From: Holosporales bacterium
GTDB lineage: Bacteria > Pseudomonadota > Alphaproteobacteria > UBA3830 > JAIRWN01
DNA length: 50,966 nt
Direction: 5' to 3'
NCBI GenBank assembly: GCA_031267535.1
Contig: JAIRYS010000011.1
Location: 1-50,966, forward strand
The stretch's first letter is position 1, and each line of letters begins with the position of its first letter. Below are positions 27,699-36,952 of the stretch, piece after piece. Position numbers and translations under genes: made by a program. The notes under the pieces were generated by a model. That model did not search any database. It had not been told where the DNA came from and worked only from the letters and a program-made list of their open reading frames with translations.

Positions 27699-28907
27699 TT
27701 GTGCGGTTGGATTGTGAAAGGTTTTATAACTTCTGCTGTTTTCTTGGTCGCAGCGCTTTTGGCCTTTTTGTTAGGCGGACTGTTACCTGACTATGTTAGC
27801 GCGTTTTTTTACTCAATAAGCCTTCTTATTAAAGAGTGCATGATCTTTGCGCTGCCTTTGGTCATATTTTCATTGATCTTTACATCTATCTGCAGGATTG
27901 GCGTTGGCTCCGTAAAATCTTTGGCCATAGCAATCCCGCTTATAGTGGGTTCAAATTTCGCTAACACACTTATTGCTTATTTCCTTGGCGCATCTTGCAT
28001 CAACGCTGGTCTTATATCGTCGATTGATACAATTTCTGCAAGCGGCGCCGCTTCTTTCGCGCCGTTGTTTTGTTTCTTATTGCCTAAGATTATTTCAAAC
28101 GACTTCGCTTTAGTATCTGCGGTTATATGCGGCGTTGTTTATGCCGCAATAGCTCGGCGAGACTTAGGGGCAAGGCTTGACGTGAATATTCGCAAAGCAC
28201 ACGAACATTTCTCTCGTTTTTTGGAGACCTTCATAAGAGGTTTCTTTAAAGTTTTAGCGCCATTAATGCCTCTTTTTATATTTGGGACAATAGTAAAACT
28301 TAGTCGAGACGGAATAATTTCGCAGATTTTGTCCGAGTATTTGATGATCATGGCAATCTTTTTTATTTCTGCATATGGGTATGTGCTTGCGCAGCTTTTT
28401 ATTCTGTCGACTGGCAGCTTAAAAAGATGCGGTAATTATCTAAAGAATATATTGCCGGCAGTTATAACCGGATTTGGGGCTATGTCAAGCGCAGCGGCGT
28501 TGCCTTTATCGATTAAAGCTGCTGAAGAAAATTCCACCAACCGAGATAATGCGCGCATTATCGCCCCATGCTCGGTGAATATTCATTTGGTTGGGGATTG
28601 TTTTTTTATACCATTTATTGCGTTGGTAATGCTGATCTCCTTCGGTAAAGACTTGCCGAGTTTTACAACGTACTTAATTTTTGCGGCACATTTTGTTGCA
28701 GCTAAGTTCGCTGTAGCCGCAGTCCCTGGCGGCGGCATTCTTGTGATGTTGCCTGTATTGCAGAAATACCTTGGATTTAATGCCGATATGCTAGGATTGC
28801 TTACCGGTTTGTACGTCCTTTTCGACCCATTCATAACGGGCTGTAACGTTATAGGAAATGGTTCGCTGGCAATTGCTTTTGACAAACTTATGAAGCTGAA
28901 AAAGTAG
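27699..28907 (+). CDS. Dicarboxylate/amino acid:cation symporter (DAACS) family transporter (paralogue of 7272-8480)
   Basis: GAMSSAAALPLSIKAAEEN and NIHLVGDCF motifs; same length (402 aa) as the first copy. The start is either TTG 27699 or GTG 27714. Confidence 0.8.
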   Translation: MCGWIVKGFITSAVFLVAALLAFLLGGLLPDYVSAFFYSISLLIKECMIFALPLVIFSLIFTSICRIGVGSVKSLAIAIPLIVGSNFANTLIAYFLGASCINAGLISSIDTISASGAASFAPLFCFLLPKIISNDFALVSAVICGVVYAAIARRDLGARLDVNIRKAHEHFSRFLETFIRGFFKVLAPLMPLFIFGTIVKLSRDGIISQILSEYLMIMAIFFISAYGYVLAQLFILSTGSLKRCGNYLKNILPAVITGFGAMSSAAALPLSIKAAEENSTNRDNARIIAPCSVNIHLVGDCFFIPFIALVMLISFGKDLPSFTTYLIFAAHFVAAKFAVAAVPGGGILVMLPVLQKYLGFNADMLGLLTGLYVLFDPFITGCNVIGNGSLAIAFDKLMKLKK

Positions 28908-29069
28908 GCTTGCTCATTGCCAAATTGATCGCGCAGCGCCTTTATAATTTATCCGGCGTATATGAAGGTTTTTGCCACTTGTCCTGAATGGCGTTTCTTC
29001 AACGTTCCTTAATGGAACTCATCTAAAATAATCACATAAAGCTCTATTTTACGTAAGGCTACTTAACAA

Positions 29070-29855
29070 GTGAGCGCTTCAATAACAAAACACAACGGCG
29101 ATGCTTTAAACAAATTGGCGGCGCTTGAAAAAGAGATTGAGACTTCCGCCAAAATCCAAGCCAGCCTTTTGCCAGGAAATCATCTAAATTCTAAGCATGT
29201 TTTACTTTACTCCTACATAAAGCCGGCAGCCAAAGTCAGCGGTGATTTTTACGATTTTTTTTGGTTGGATAAATATCGTCTGGCCATTGTTATTGCTGAC
29301 GTGTCGGGTAAAAACATATCCGCATCGCTGTTGGCCTCGATGACCAAGGGCTTGTATCGCGCCTGTGCTAGGATATATACAGATCCACTTATTGCCATAA
29401 GCAAAGTAAACGATTGCTTCACGGAAACCAACCGGTCTGTGATGTTCGTAACGTCTATTTACGGGATTCTGAATATACAGTCAGGCACTTTTGAGTACAT
29501 AAATGCTGGGCATCTGCCAATTGTGTTGATTAATGACGGACAGACAAAATTTTCTAATAACACGATCATAGACGTTGCGCTTGGGGTTGATGGAAAAGCA
29601 AGTTTTACAAAAAATCAAATCGCTTTTAACGATTTGGATAAAATTCTGCTCTACACTGATGGTGTGACCGAAGCAATGAATGCACGTAATGACGAGTTTG
29701 GAGAAGAAAGATTGTTGAGGGTTTGTTCTTCAAAGCAAGCGTTATCACCAAAAGACCTAACTAAGCAGGTCGCTTTAGATATACGCGATTTCGTTGGCAA
29801 GGCGGCTCAATCTGACGACATAACAATAATGTGTCTGCAGTATAGAAAGGGATAA
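29070..29855 (+). CDS. PP2C-type serine phosphatase, SpoIIE/RsbU family, with no sensor domain
   Basis: IQASLLP...VSGDFYDFFWL...AIVIADVSGKNISASL...YINAGH...LYTDGVTEA...SDDITIM. The start codon is GTG. Confidence 0.85.
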   Translation: MSASITKHNGDALNKLAALEKEIETSAKIQASLLPGNHLNSKHVLLYSYIKPAAKVSGDFYDFFWLDKYRLAIVIADVSGKNISASLLASMTKGLYRACARIYTDPLIAISKVNDCFTETNRSVMFVTSIYGILNIQSGTFEYINAGHLPIVLINDGQTKFSNNTIIDVALGVDGKASFTKNQIAFNDLDKILLYTDGVTEAMNARNDEFGEERLLRVCSSKQALSPKDLTKQVALDIRDFVGKAAQSDDITIMCLQYRKG

Positions 29856-29858
29856 ACG

Positions 29859-30278
29859 ATGGCAAAAATAACAAAAATAAAATTGAAAAATGATATTAAA
29901 GAAATTCCTGAGATTTATGATCAGGTTGTCAAATTTTGTGTCGAACAAAACCTACCTAAGTATCTTTGGCATGATATCAGTTTAATCTTGGACGAGGCGG
30001 TCACCAATGCAATCAAGCATGGATTTACAGATGGCAAAGACGGCCGCATACAGATTGATATGATCAATTCTGAAGAAGGCACGAGCGTAAGGGTTATCGA
30101 CCGTGGGTTAAAGTTCAATCCGCTTGGTTTGCCGGATCCGGATACAAAATCCTCTATAGAAAAAAGAAGGGTCGGCGGCCTAGGCGTTTATCTTATGAAA
30201 AAGTTGGCCGATCGGGTGAACTACAGCTACAAGTATGGCGCAAACGTTCTTACGATTAAGTTTGACGTAAAAGGATAA
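29859..30278 (+). CDS. Anti-sigma-factor-like serine kinase (RsbW/SpoIIAB-type HATPase_c)
   Basis: N-box EAVTNAIKHG; G-box RRVGGLGVYLMKKLAD; 139 aa. Confidence 0.85.
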   Translation: MAKITKIKLKNDIKEIPEIYDQVVKFCVEQNLPKYLWHDISLILDEAVTNAIKHGFTDGKDGRIQIDMINSEEGTSVRVIDRGLKFNPLGLPDPDTKSSIEKRRVGGLGVYLMKKLADRVNYSYKYGANVLTIKFDVKG

Positions 30279-30281
30279 GGT

Positions 30282-30617
30282 ATGGAAGTAGAAACAAAAT
30301 TAATGGACAGCGTAACAATGCTTACGCCTCATGGTCGTATAGACACTGCTTCAGCCGGCGAGTTTGAAAAAGCCCTCAATGCTGTAATAGCTGGCGGCAA
30401 CAAGAAGATTGTCGTTATATTCGCCAGCGTAGATTATATCTCAAGCGCTGGTCTTAGGGTTCTGCTTCTTGTGGGCAAACGCCTTAAGGTAACTAAGGGC
30501 TGCATAGCCTTGTCCGATATGGCTGACAGGATTTTGGAAGTGTTCAAAATTAGCGGATTTGACAAAATATTGACCATTTGTACATCTGCTGATGAAGCTA
30601 AAAATGCTGTTGCATAA
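30282..30617 (+). CDS. STAS-domain anti-anti-sigma factor (RsbV/SpoIIAA-like)
   Basis: VDYISSAGLRVLL contains the phosphorylatable Ser context; 111 aa. Confidence 0.85.
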   Translation: MEVETKLMDSVTMLTPHGRIDTASAGEFEKALNAVIAGGNKKIVVIFASVDYISSAGLRVLLLVGKRLKVTKGCIALSDMADRILEVFKISGFDKILTICTSADEAKNAVA

Positions 30618-30688
30618 AATCTAAGTATCATTGCTTGTCTTAATAAGATTTTAACTCTGATAGTCTAATAATAGAGCTTGATAGAAGT

Positions 30689-31762
30689 ATGAAAAAGGAA
30701 AACAAAATGCTTACAGATACGCCAAAGCCAAACACTTTTCAGCACCCAAAAAACAAGAAGAAAATCAACATAGCCATGCAAGGTGGTGGCGCTCACGGAG
30801 CCTTTACTTGGGGCGTGCTGGATAAACTTTTCGAAGACGGTCGTTTTGAAATTGAAGGCGTTACCGGCACCAGCGCTGGGGGCATGAATGCCGTAGCAAC
30901 AGTCCAGGGGCTTTTGGACGGCGGTCTTGAGGGCGCCCGTAAGATGCTGACAAAGTATTGGACGTTAACGTCTGAGAAAGGCAAGACCAGTATTTTTAAG
31001 CCGGGTATAGTAGATCGCATGATGGACAAGTATACCATGCAGAACTCGCCTGGATTCATTGGTTTTGACTTCATGAGCAAGCTTTTATCTCCATATCAGT
31101 GGAACCCGATGGGCATAGACCCGCTGAAAGAAGTTATAAACGCCATGTTTGATTTCAAAAAGATTCAAGCAAACAAACAGCATAAAGTATTTTTAGCTTC
31201 TACCCATGTGTTTACCGGGAAGATTCGTATATTCAAAACCGAAGAAATCAGAACCGAGACCCTTTTGGCTACGGCCTGTTTGCCAACGATACATCAGGCG
31301 GTTTTGGTTGATAATGAATACTATTGGGATGGTGGTTTTATCGCCAACCCGGCGATTTATCCATTGATCTATAGTTGTGAATCGCCAGATATTATGATTA
31401 TCAAGCTGAATCCTACTCACCGGAATCGCTTGCCAATTACAGCAGCAGAGATCTCTGATCGACTGAACGAGATTACCAATAACACCTCAATCTTGCGTGA
31501 GATGCGTTCAATTAATTTCATATCTCAATTGATCGATGAGGGAATTGCCGATCCGAAAAGGATTAAGCGGCTGCACGTACACGTTATCGAGAATGACGCC
31601 GCGTTCCAAGACCTTGGTTGGTCCTCGAAGCTCAACACAGAATGGGACTTCCTGACCCATTTGTTTGAGGAAGGACGTAAGGCGGCTGCTGATTGGATAA
31701 AGAAAAACTATGACCTTGTTGGCACGCGCAGCACTGTCGATATGAAAGACTTATTTATATAA
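30689..31762 (+). CDS. Patatin-like phospholipase
   Basis: Oxyanion motif QGGGAHGAF, lipase motif GTSAG (GxSxG), and a later DGG(F) Asp motif in YWDGGFIANPA. Confidence 0.88.
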   Translation: MKKENKMLTDTPKPNTFQHPKNKKKINIAMQGGGAHGAFTWGVLDKLFEDGRFEIEGVTGTSAGGMNAVATVQGLLDGGLEGARKMLTKYWTLTSEKGKTSIFKPGIVDRMMDKYTMQNSPGFIGFDFMSKLLSPYQWNPMGIDPLKEVINAMFDFKKIQANKQHKVFLASTHVFTGKIRIFKTEEIRTETLLATACLPTIHQAVLVDNEYYWDGGFIANPAIYPLIYSCESPDIMIIKLNPTHRNRLPITAAEISDRLNEITNNTSILREMRSINFISQLIDEGIADPKRIKRLHVHVIENDAAFQDLGWSSKLNTEWDFLTHLFEEGRKAAADWIKKNYDLVGTRSTVDMKDLFI

Positions 31763-31784
31763 GCAAGCGTTGATCATAACGGGT

Positions 31785-31828
31785 CGCGACGCCTGCCGAT
31801 TGGCAGAAGTTGCGGCCTGTTTTGTTTG
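31785..31828 (+). terminator. Candidate rho-independent terminator after the patatin gene
   Basis: An imperfect stem is centred on CTGCC-GATT-GGCAG and is followed by GCCTGTTTTGTTTG. Confidence 0.4.
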
Positions 31829-31967
31829 AAAAATCGCCGGCAACTAAATCTTAAAACGATAAACTTCATTATATAGACATAGCAGTGGTCACAATTGCCT
31901 TAAGTTGATATAAGAAGACTTGGCAGGATTTTGCTGATTTTCTTGTCGTTATTGACGGTTATAGGCT

Positions 31968-32444
31968 ATGCGCTTTTTACTTATCGTTTTGACCCTGTAT
32001 CTGTTCTCAGTGATCAATATTCTTCTTATTCCAATAAATCCGCAGATGTTTTTATTGCTGCTTTTTTTTGATCAGCTTGTGTACAGACGCCCCAATCTTC
32101 ATGCTGTCGAGATTGGTGTCATATCCATTTACGCCGATTTGATTAGCGGAAGCTTCTGCGGCGCAACGCTAATAGGGTTGATGGCGCTGACCGTTGCAGT
32201 AAATGTCTTGAGTGCGATTTTGTACGACGCCGGTTTTGTTGTGGTATATGTTCTGTTCTTAATCGTACTAGCCTGTATTATGCCGGTGTTGCATTATTTA
32301 CAACAGTTGTTTCTGGTTTCAGCGACTGAATTAATCGCATCCAGGACAGTATCCGAGTTTTTGGTTACTATGCTGCTGTACCCGGCAACGTATATCTTAC
32401 TGTTTTCCCGTAAAGAACCTTTAAGATATGCGCAGAAAGCCTAA
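31968..32444 (+). CDS. mreD: Rod shape-determining protein MreD
   Basis: A small polytopic membrane protein with the segment IYADLISGSFCGATLIGLMAL. Its 3' end overlaps the start of mrdA. Confidence 0.6.
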   Translation: MRFLLIVLTLYLFSVINILLIPINPQMFLLLLFFDQLVYRRPNLHAVEIGVISIYADLISGSFCGATLIGLMALTVAVNVLSAILYDAGFVVVYVLFLIVLACIMPVLHYLQQLFLVSATELIASRTVSEFLVTMLLYPATYILLFSRKEPLRYAQKA

Positions 32445-34167
32445 GGATACGCCTTTTACAGACAGAATTAGGCTTGCGACATTTACGACCGTTTTGCTGA
32501 CCATTGTGCTTATTGGACGGCTTTATTACTTACAGATAATACAGCATGAAAAGTATGCCTTGTTGTCCAACAGGAATCGAATTCGTATAAGGCCTATAAT
32601 ACCCAAAAGAGGCTGTATTCTTGCTTTAAACAATATTCCTTTGGCTTTCACAGGGGTAAAATACCGCCTGATCGGCGACAGTAGCTTAAAAAAAGATTTA
32701 GAATCTGACGTCAAGTCGCTGCTAGCTGATTCTCGGGCGGCAAAGTTTATAAGGCCAGGTCTTCTCGAGAAAGTTAAAAACAGCCTGCCATACAGCCATG
32801 TAGTCATAAAAGACGAGATGACTTGGGTTCAGGCAAACCAATGTCTGCCGCTGCTAAACAAATACAAAGCTTTGTATCTAGATAATTGTTATTACAGAGT
32901 ATATCCGCTAGGTGCTTCAGCTTGTCACCTTGTTGGATATACGTCTGCCCCGTCGACTAAGCATGCTTTGCCGCCGGAGTATAAGTGCGGCAAGACTGGT
33001 GTAGAAGAGCGCTTTGACTTATTGCTCGCCGGGGAGTTTGGTGTAAAAAAGACCGAAGTAAACGCACGCAGCATCCCCGTTAAGGACCTTTGTGACTACG
33101 AAGCCGAAAGCGGTCAAAATCTTGAAACAACAATAGACGCAGCCCTACAAAAATTTGTACATAAGCTGCTTTCAGTTCACAGAGCAGCGTCATGCGTAGT
33201 AATGAACATTGAAAATGGGCATATTCTGGCAATGGTATCAACGCCTGGCTTTGACCCAAACAGACTTACAAATGACCAAAAGTACTGGCAACATGTAATG
33301 CAAACCTCTACCAATCCGCTGATGAACAGGTCGATTGCCGGGCTGTACCCGCCCGGTTCGACATTCAAGCCGGTTGTAGCGCTGGCCGCCCTAAAAGCCG
33401 GCGTAATAAGCAGAAACACAAAAATATTCTGCCCAGGATACATGCGACTTGGCAATCACGTATTCCATTGCTGGAAGCGCTCCGGTCACGGCTATGTTAA
33501 TGTGGAACAAGCCATTGCGTCATCGTGCGATGTTTTTTTCTACAACCTAGGACTGCGGCTTAAGCTTTCCGATATTGCCGAAATGGCAGCATCTTTTGGA
33601 TTGGGGACTAAAACAGAAGTAAATGTTCCACATGAACAGCCCGGTAGAATATTGCTTGGCAGGCCTTTAGGCGGCGGTCATACCGCGCAGAGAGTCCTAG
33701 CCGCAATAGGGCAAGGCTCAGTCGTTGTCACGCCGATAGGGTTATGCGTTATGGTCGCGCAGATCGCCAACGGCGGGCATAGGATCTTTCCGACGCTGAA
33801 TAAAGGTGAGACGTCGCCGCATGAACCTTTAGGAATCTCATCTAAACACATTGAGATTGTTAAAAACGGGATGTTCTGGGTATGCAATAAGCCGGGGTCA
33901 TCCGGATATGCTTGTGGATACAGCGCCAAGTATCCCATAGCCGGCAAGACCGGAACAGCCCAAGTGGTATCTTTGTCGGACAAGAGAGGTCATTTGTGGC
34001 AGTATAAAGACCACGCCTTGTTTATAGCTTATGGCCCTGCAGACAGACCAAAATATGCTGTTGCAGTGGTGGTTGATCATGGAAAATCCGGCGCTTTGTC
34101 CTGTATTCCGGTCGCTCGTCAAGTGTTTGATTATATCGAAGCAAATGAAAAACCTGCGGACAGTTAG
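32428..34167 (+). CDS. mrdA: Penicillin-binding protein 2 (elongasome transpeptidase)
   Basis: STFKP (SxxK), SSCD (SxD) and KTGTAQ motifs, with an N-terminal membrane anchor. Confidence 0.92.
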   Translation: MRRKPKDTPFTDRIRLATFTTVLLTIVLIGRLYYLQIIQHEKYALLSNRNRIRIRPIIPKRGCILALNNIPLAFTGVKYRLIGDSSLKKDLESDVKSLLADSRAAKFIRPGLLEKVKNSLPYSHVVIKDEMTWVQANQCLPLLNKYKALYLDNCYYRVYPLGASACHLVGYTSAPSTKHALPPEYKCGKTGVEERFDLLLAGEFGVKKTEVNARSIPVKDLCDYEAESGQNLETTIDAALQKFVHKLLSVHRAASCVVMNIENGHILAMVSTPGFDPNRLTNDQKYWQHVMQTSTNPLMNRSIAGLYPPGSTFKPVVALAALKAGVISRNTKIFCPGYMRLGNHVFHCWKRSGHGYVNVEQAIASSCDVFFYNLGLRLKLSDIAEMAASFGLGTKTEVNVPHEQPGRILLGRPLGGGHTAQRVLAAIGQGSVVVTPIGLCVMVAQIANGGHRIFPTLNKGETSPHEPLGISSKHIEIVKNGMFWVCNKPGSSGYACGYSAKYPIAGKTGTAQVVSLSDKRGHLWQYKDHALFIAYGPADRPKYAVAVVVDHGKSGALSCIPVARQVFDYIEANEKPADS

Positions 34168-35266
34168 TCTTCTGTTCAAGAATCATATCGGCCTGATCGT
34201 CGTTATATGTGTTTTGGCCGCTTTAGGTACCGCCTATCAGTACAACACTGGCGGAGAAACTTGGGTTAGCAAGCCTTTGTCACATGCGACCAGGTTTTGC
34301 GGGCTGTTTTTGTTTATGATTTTCATTGCCACCTCAAGCATCATATTCTGGCATACTTGGGCTTATCAATTTTACCTAATCGTCTTGGTACTTTTAGCGA
34401 CGGTTGAACTTGCCGGATTTGCCGGTATGGGCGCTAAACGTTGGATGAATCTTTACATATTTACGCTTCAACCTTCTGAGGTTATGAAAGCTGCCGTAAT
34501 CTTGGCTTTATCCAAGTATTACTCGGACATCGATCCGGGAAAACAGGATTTTGTTTGGCTAGAGCTAATTAAGCGATATGTCGTGCCTTTGCTTATCATC
34601 CTTATACCATTTGTTGTTGTGTTAAAGCAGCCGGATCTGGGAACCGCGGCAATTATTGCTGGCATAGGCATGTTCATGATGGTGATTGTGGAAAAGCAAC
34701 CCAAACGCTTTTTTTTATGCCTTTTGCCGGCAGTACTCGCGCTGCCTTTTATTTGGCCAATGATGTATGGGTACCAAAAGACTCGAATCCTCACGTTCTT
34801 TGACCCAGAGAAATATCCCTTTGGCTCTGGATATCACATTATTCAGTCCAAAATCGCACTGGGGTCAGGCGGCCTTTTAGGGAAAGGATTTTTAATGGGA
34901 ACTCAATCCAAATTGAACTTTCTGCCCGAAAAACACACCGATTTCATATTTGCTACAATCTGCGAAGAGCTTGGGTTTTTGGGAGGGGCGGTCATCATTC
35001 TTCTGTATGCTTATATAGTGATTTACGGACTGAAAATAGCCAAAAAATCCGGATCGCGTTTCGGTTTGCTTATTTCAAGCGGTATTTCAGTGATGTTCGG
35101 TCTTCACGCATTCATAAACATAGGAATGGTCATGGGAATACTGCCCGTAGTTGGTATACCACTTCAAATGGTTTCATATGGAGGCAGTTCTATGATGACC
35201 TTTATGATCGCTTTGGGGATTATGTTCTGTGTGAGTCTCAACAAGAAAACCCACATCAGACCATAA
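34145..35266 (+). CDS. rodA: Rod shape-determining SEDS protein RodA
   Basis: The start MKNLRTVSLLFKN is the ATG at 34145, which overlaps mrdA by 23 nt. The conserved stretch LPEKHTDFIFATICEELGFLG is present. Confidence 0.9.
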   Translation: MKNLRTVSLLFKNHIGLIVVICVLAALGTAYQYNTGGETWVSKPLSHATRFCGLFLFMIFIATSSIIFWHTWAYQFYLIVLVLLATVELAGFAGMGAKRWMNLYIFTLQPSEVMKAAVILALSKYYSDIDPGKQDFVWLELIKRYVVPLLIILIPFVVVLKQPDLGTAAIIAGIGMFMMVIVEKQPKRFFLCLLPAVLALPFIWPMMYGYQKTRILTFFDPEKYPFGSGYHIIQSKIALGSGGLLGKGFLMGTQSKLNFLPEKHTDFIFATICEELGFLGGAVIILLYAYIVIYGLKIAKKSGSRFGLLISSGISVMFGLHAFINIGMVMGILPVVGIPLQMVSYGGSSMMTFMIALGIMFCVSLNKKTHIRP

Positions 35267-35285
35267 CTCCCCACTTAAGCCTTAT

Positions 35286-35678
35286 TTACAACAACGGTAC
35301 AAGTCGCTCAACAACACGTCCGACTTCTGGCGCTTCTTTAGCTATAAAACGGCCTGCTTGTTTAATTAGCTTTGGCGCTTCTTTGGCCGCAAAACGTCCA
35401 ACCTTTCCGGCTTCTTTCTCGATGGCGCCCCCAATCTTTCCAGCTTCTCTCTTGATGGCCTTTCCAGCCTTTTGGAAACCACCCTTGATGGTATTTTCAG
35501 CCTTTTTCGCAAAACGTCCAACCTTTCCGGCTTCTTTCTTGATGGCGTTTCCGGCACTTTTGAATGCATGTTGAATTTTGTGCTTAATATTCGTGAACCA
35601 ATTCCCCATACTGTCATCAACAAAGACAAAGCTGCCTACTACCGCTATACTCAATAATACTTTCTTGTTCATAATCAT
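35286..35678 (-). CDS. Small secreted Lys-rich protein with internal repeats (130 aa)
   Basis: The signal peptide reads MIMNKKVLLSIAVVGSFVF. Units of the type AIK(K/R)EAGK(V/I)G recur, and EAGKVGRFA occurs twice. A 39-nt DNA repeat (38/39 identical) lies at 35389-35427 and 35509-35547. Confidence 0.6.
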   Translation of the reverse strand: MIMNKKVLLSIAVVGSFVFVDDSMGNWFTNIKHKIQHAFKSAGNAIKKEAGKVGRFAKKAENTIKGGFQKAGKAIKREAGKIGGAIEKEAGKVGRFAAKEAPKLIKQAGRFIAKEAPEVGRVVERLVPLL

Positions 35679-35857
35679 CTTTCCTCTACTTGCACTATTA
35701 TCAATATAAACATGTCAAATGAACAAAAAGTTAACAGTAAAATATGCTTTTTGTTCTTTAACGTAAATACACGGCGAACAACATTTGCTGCCAAGCAGCG
35801 CGTTTATTTTTTCAGTAATATTTGCTAGCATCTGGCGGTCGTTGATCGAGAGGTTTT

Positions 35858-36952
35858 GTGTCGCGCATAGCAGTTGCCTTATCGGGCGGGGTTGACAGCA
35901 GCACGACGGCTGCGCTTCTGCAAAAAGAAGGACACGAAGTGTTTGGCGTTACGATGCGGCTTTGTGAAAGCGAGGGCGCTAAAGTTTCCTTGGATTATGC
36001 TAAACGCGCCTGCGATCAGTTAAAAATAGAACATTATGTTTTTGACTTTAAAGATCAGTTTAGCAAAGACGTTATCGATTATTTCAAAAGCAGTTATATC
36101 AATGGGGTTACCCCTAATCCCTGTGCAAAATGTAATCGTTTGATCAAGTTTGGCCTGTTGTTTGACTCAGTGTCTAATATGGGGGCGGAAGCGCTGGCAA
36201 CAGGACATTATGTAAGAACAGCGTTGGATAAAGACGGCGAAGTCGGCCTTTACAAAGGGGTTGATATGACCAAAGATCAAAGCTACTTTTTGTTTGGAGT
36301 TAAAAGAGAGATCCTGAAGTCTTTGGTATTTCCGCTTGGCGATAAGCGTAAAACAGAAGTTAGGCGTTTGGCTGCCGGATTGGGGCTTTGCACAGCAGAC
36401 AGGAAAGAAAGCCAGGATATCTGCTTTATTCCAAGCGGCGATTATAAATCCGTACTTGGACGCCAGCCAAATCCGGGAGATATTGTCGACACAAGCGGCA
36501 GTGTTATTGGGCGACATGCAGGTCTGTGGAATTATACAATTGGTCAGCGAAAAGGCTTAGGGGTATCTGGATCTAAGCCATTGTTTGTCGTCGACATGGA
36601 CCCTGAAAACAATCGGCTTATTGTGGGTGAACAAAGTAAACTTGAATACAGCAAATTCCAAGTGCAAGAGGTCAATTGGCTCGTTGATCCTGAGCGCTTA
36701 CCGCAGGAGGCGTCTGTTAAAACACGTTATGCTCAATCCCCTATGTCGGCCAAGATAATACCCCTAGACGGGAAAAGCGACGTTATAGTAGAACTTAAGC
36801 AACCTGCTTTTGCCCTAAGTCCGGGACAATTCGCAGTTTTCTATAGTGAAGACAGAGTCCTTGGCGGAGGGTGTATTTATGGCAAATATTCACGCAGCTG
36901 TCTTTTCAATGAGGGTGCGAATCTAGGGCAGACCTGCATTGCCCATGGCTAA
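35858..36952 (+). CDS. mnmA: tRNA 2-thiouridine(34) synthase
   Basis: PP-loop ALSGGVDSS; NPCAKCNR; ATGHY. The start codon is GTG. Confidence 0.92.
   Translation: MSRIAVALSGGVDSSTTAALLQKEGHEVFGVTMRLCESEGAKVSLDYAKRACDQLKIEHYVFDFKDQFSKDVIDYFKSSYINGVTPNPCAKCNRLIKFGLLFDSVSNMGAEALATGHYVRTALDKDGEVGLYKGVDMTKDQSYFLFGVKREILKSLVFPLGDKRKTEVRRLAAGLGLCTADRKESQDICFIPSGDYKSVLGRQPNPGDIVDTSGSVIGRHAGLWNYTIGQRKGLGVSGSKPLFVVDMDPENNRLIVGEQSKLEYSKFQVQEVNWLVDPERLPQEASVKTRYAQSPMSAKIIPLDGKSDVIVELKQPAFALSPGQFAVFYSEDRVLGGGCIYGKYSRSCLFNEGANLGQTCIAHG

Noticed and set aside
35366-35657. Three further ORFs (two on the plus strand, one on the minus strand) overlapping the Lys-rich repeat gene.
   Set aside because: They are created by the internal repeat structure. 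Only the 35286-35678 frame has a signal peptide and an ATG start.
36923-36952. 30-nt convergent overlap of the mnmA and accA 3' ends as a possible antisense regulatory feature.
   Set aside because: It is most simply explained by a short non-conserved C-terminal tail on mnmA. There is no structure or repeat to suggest a function.
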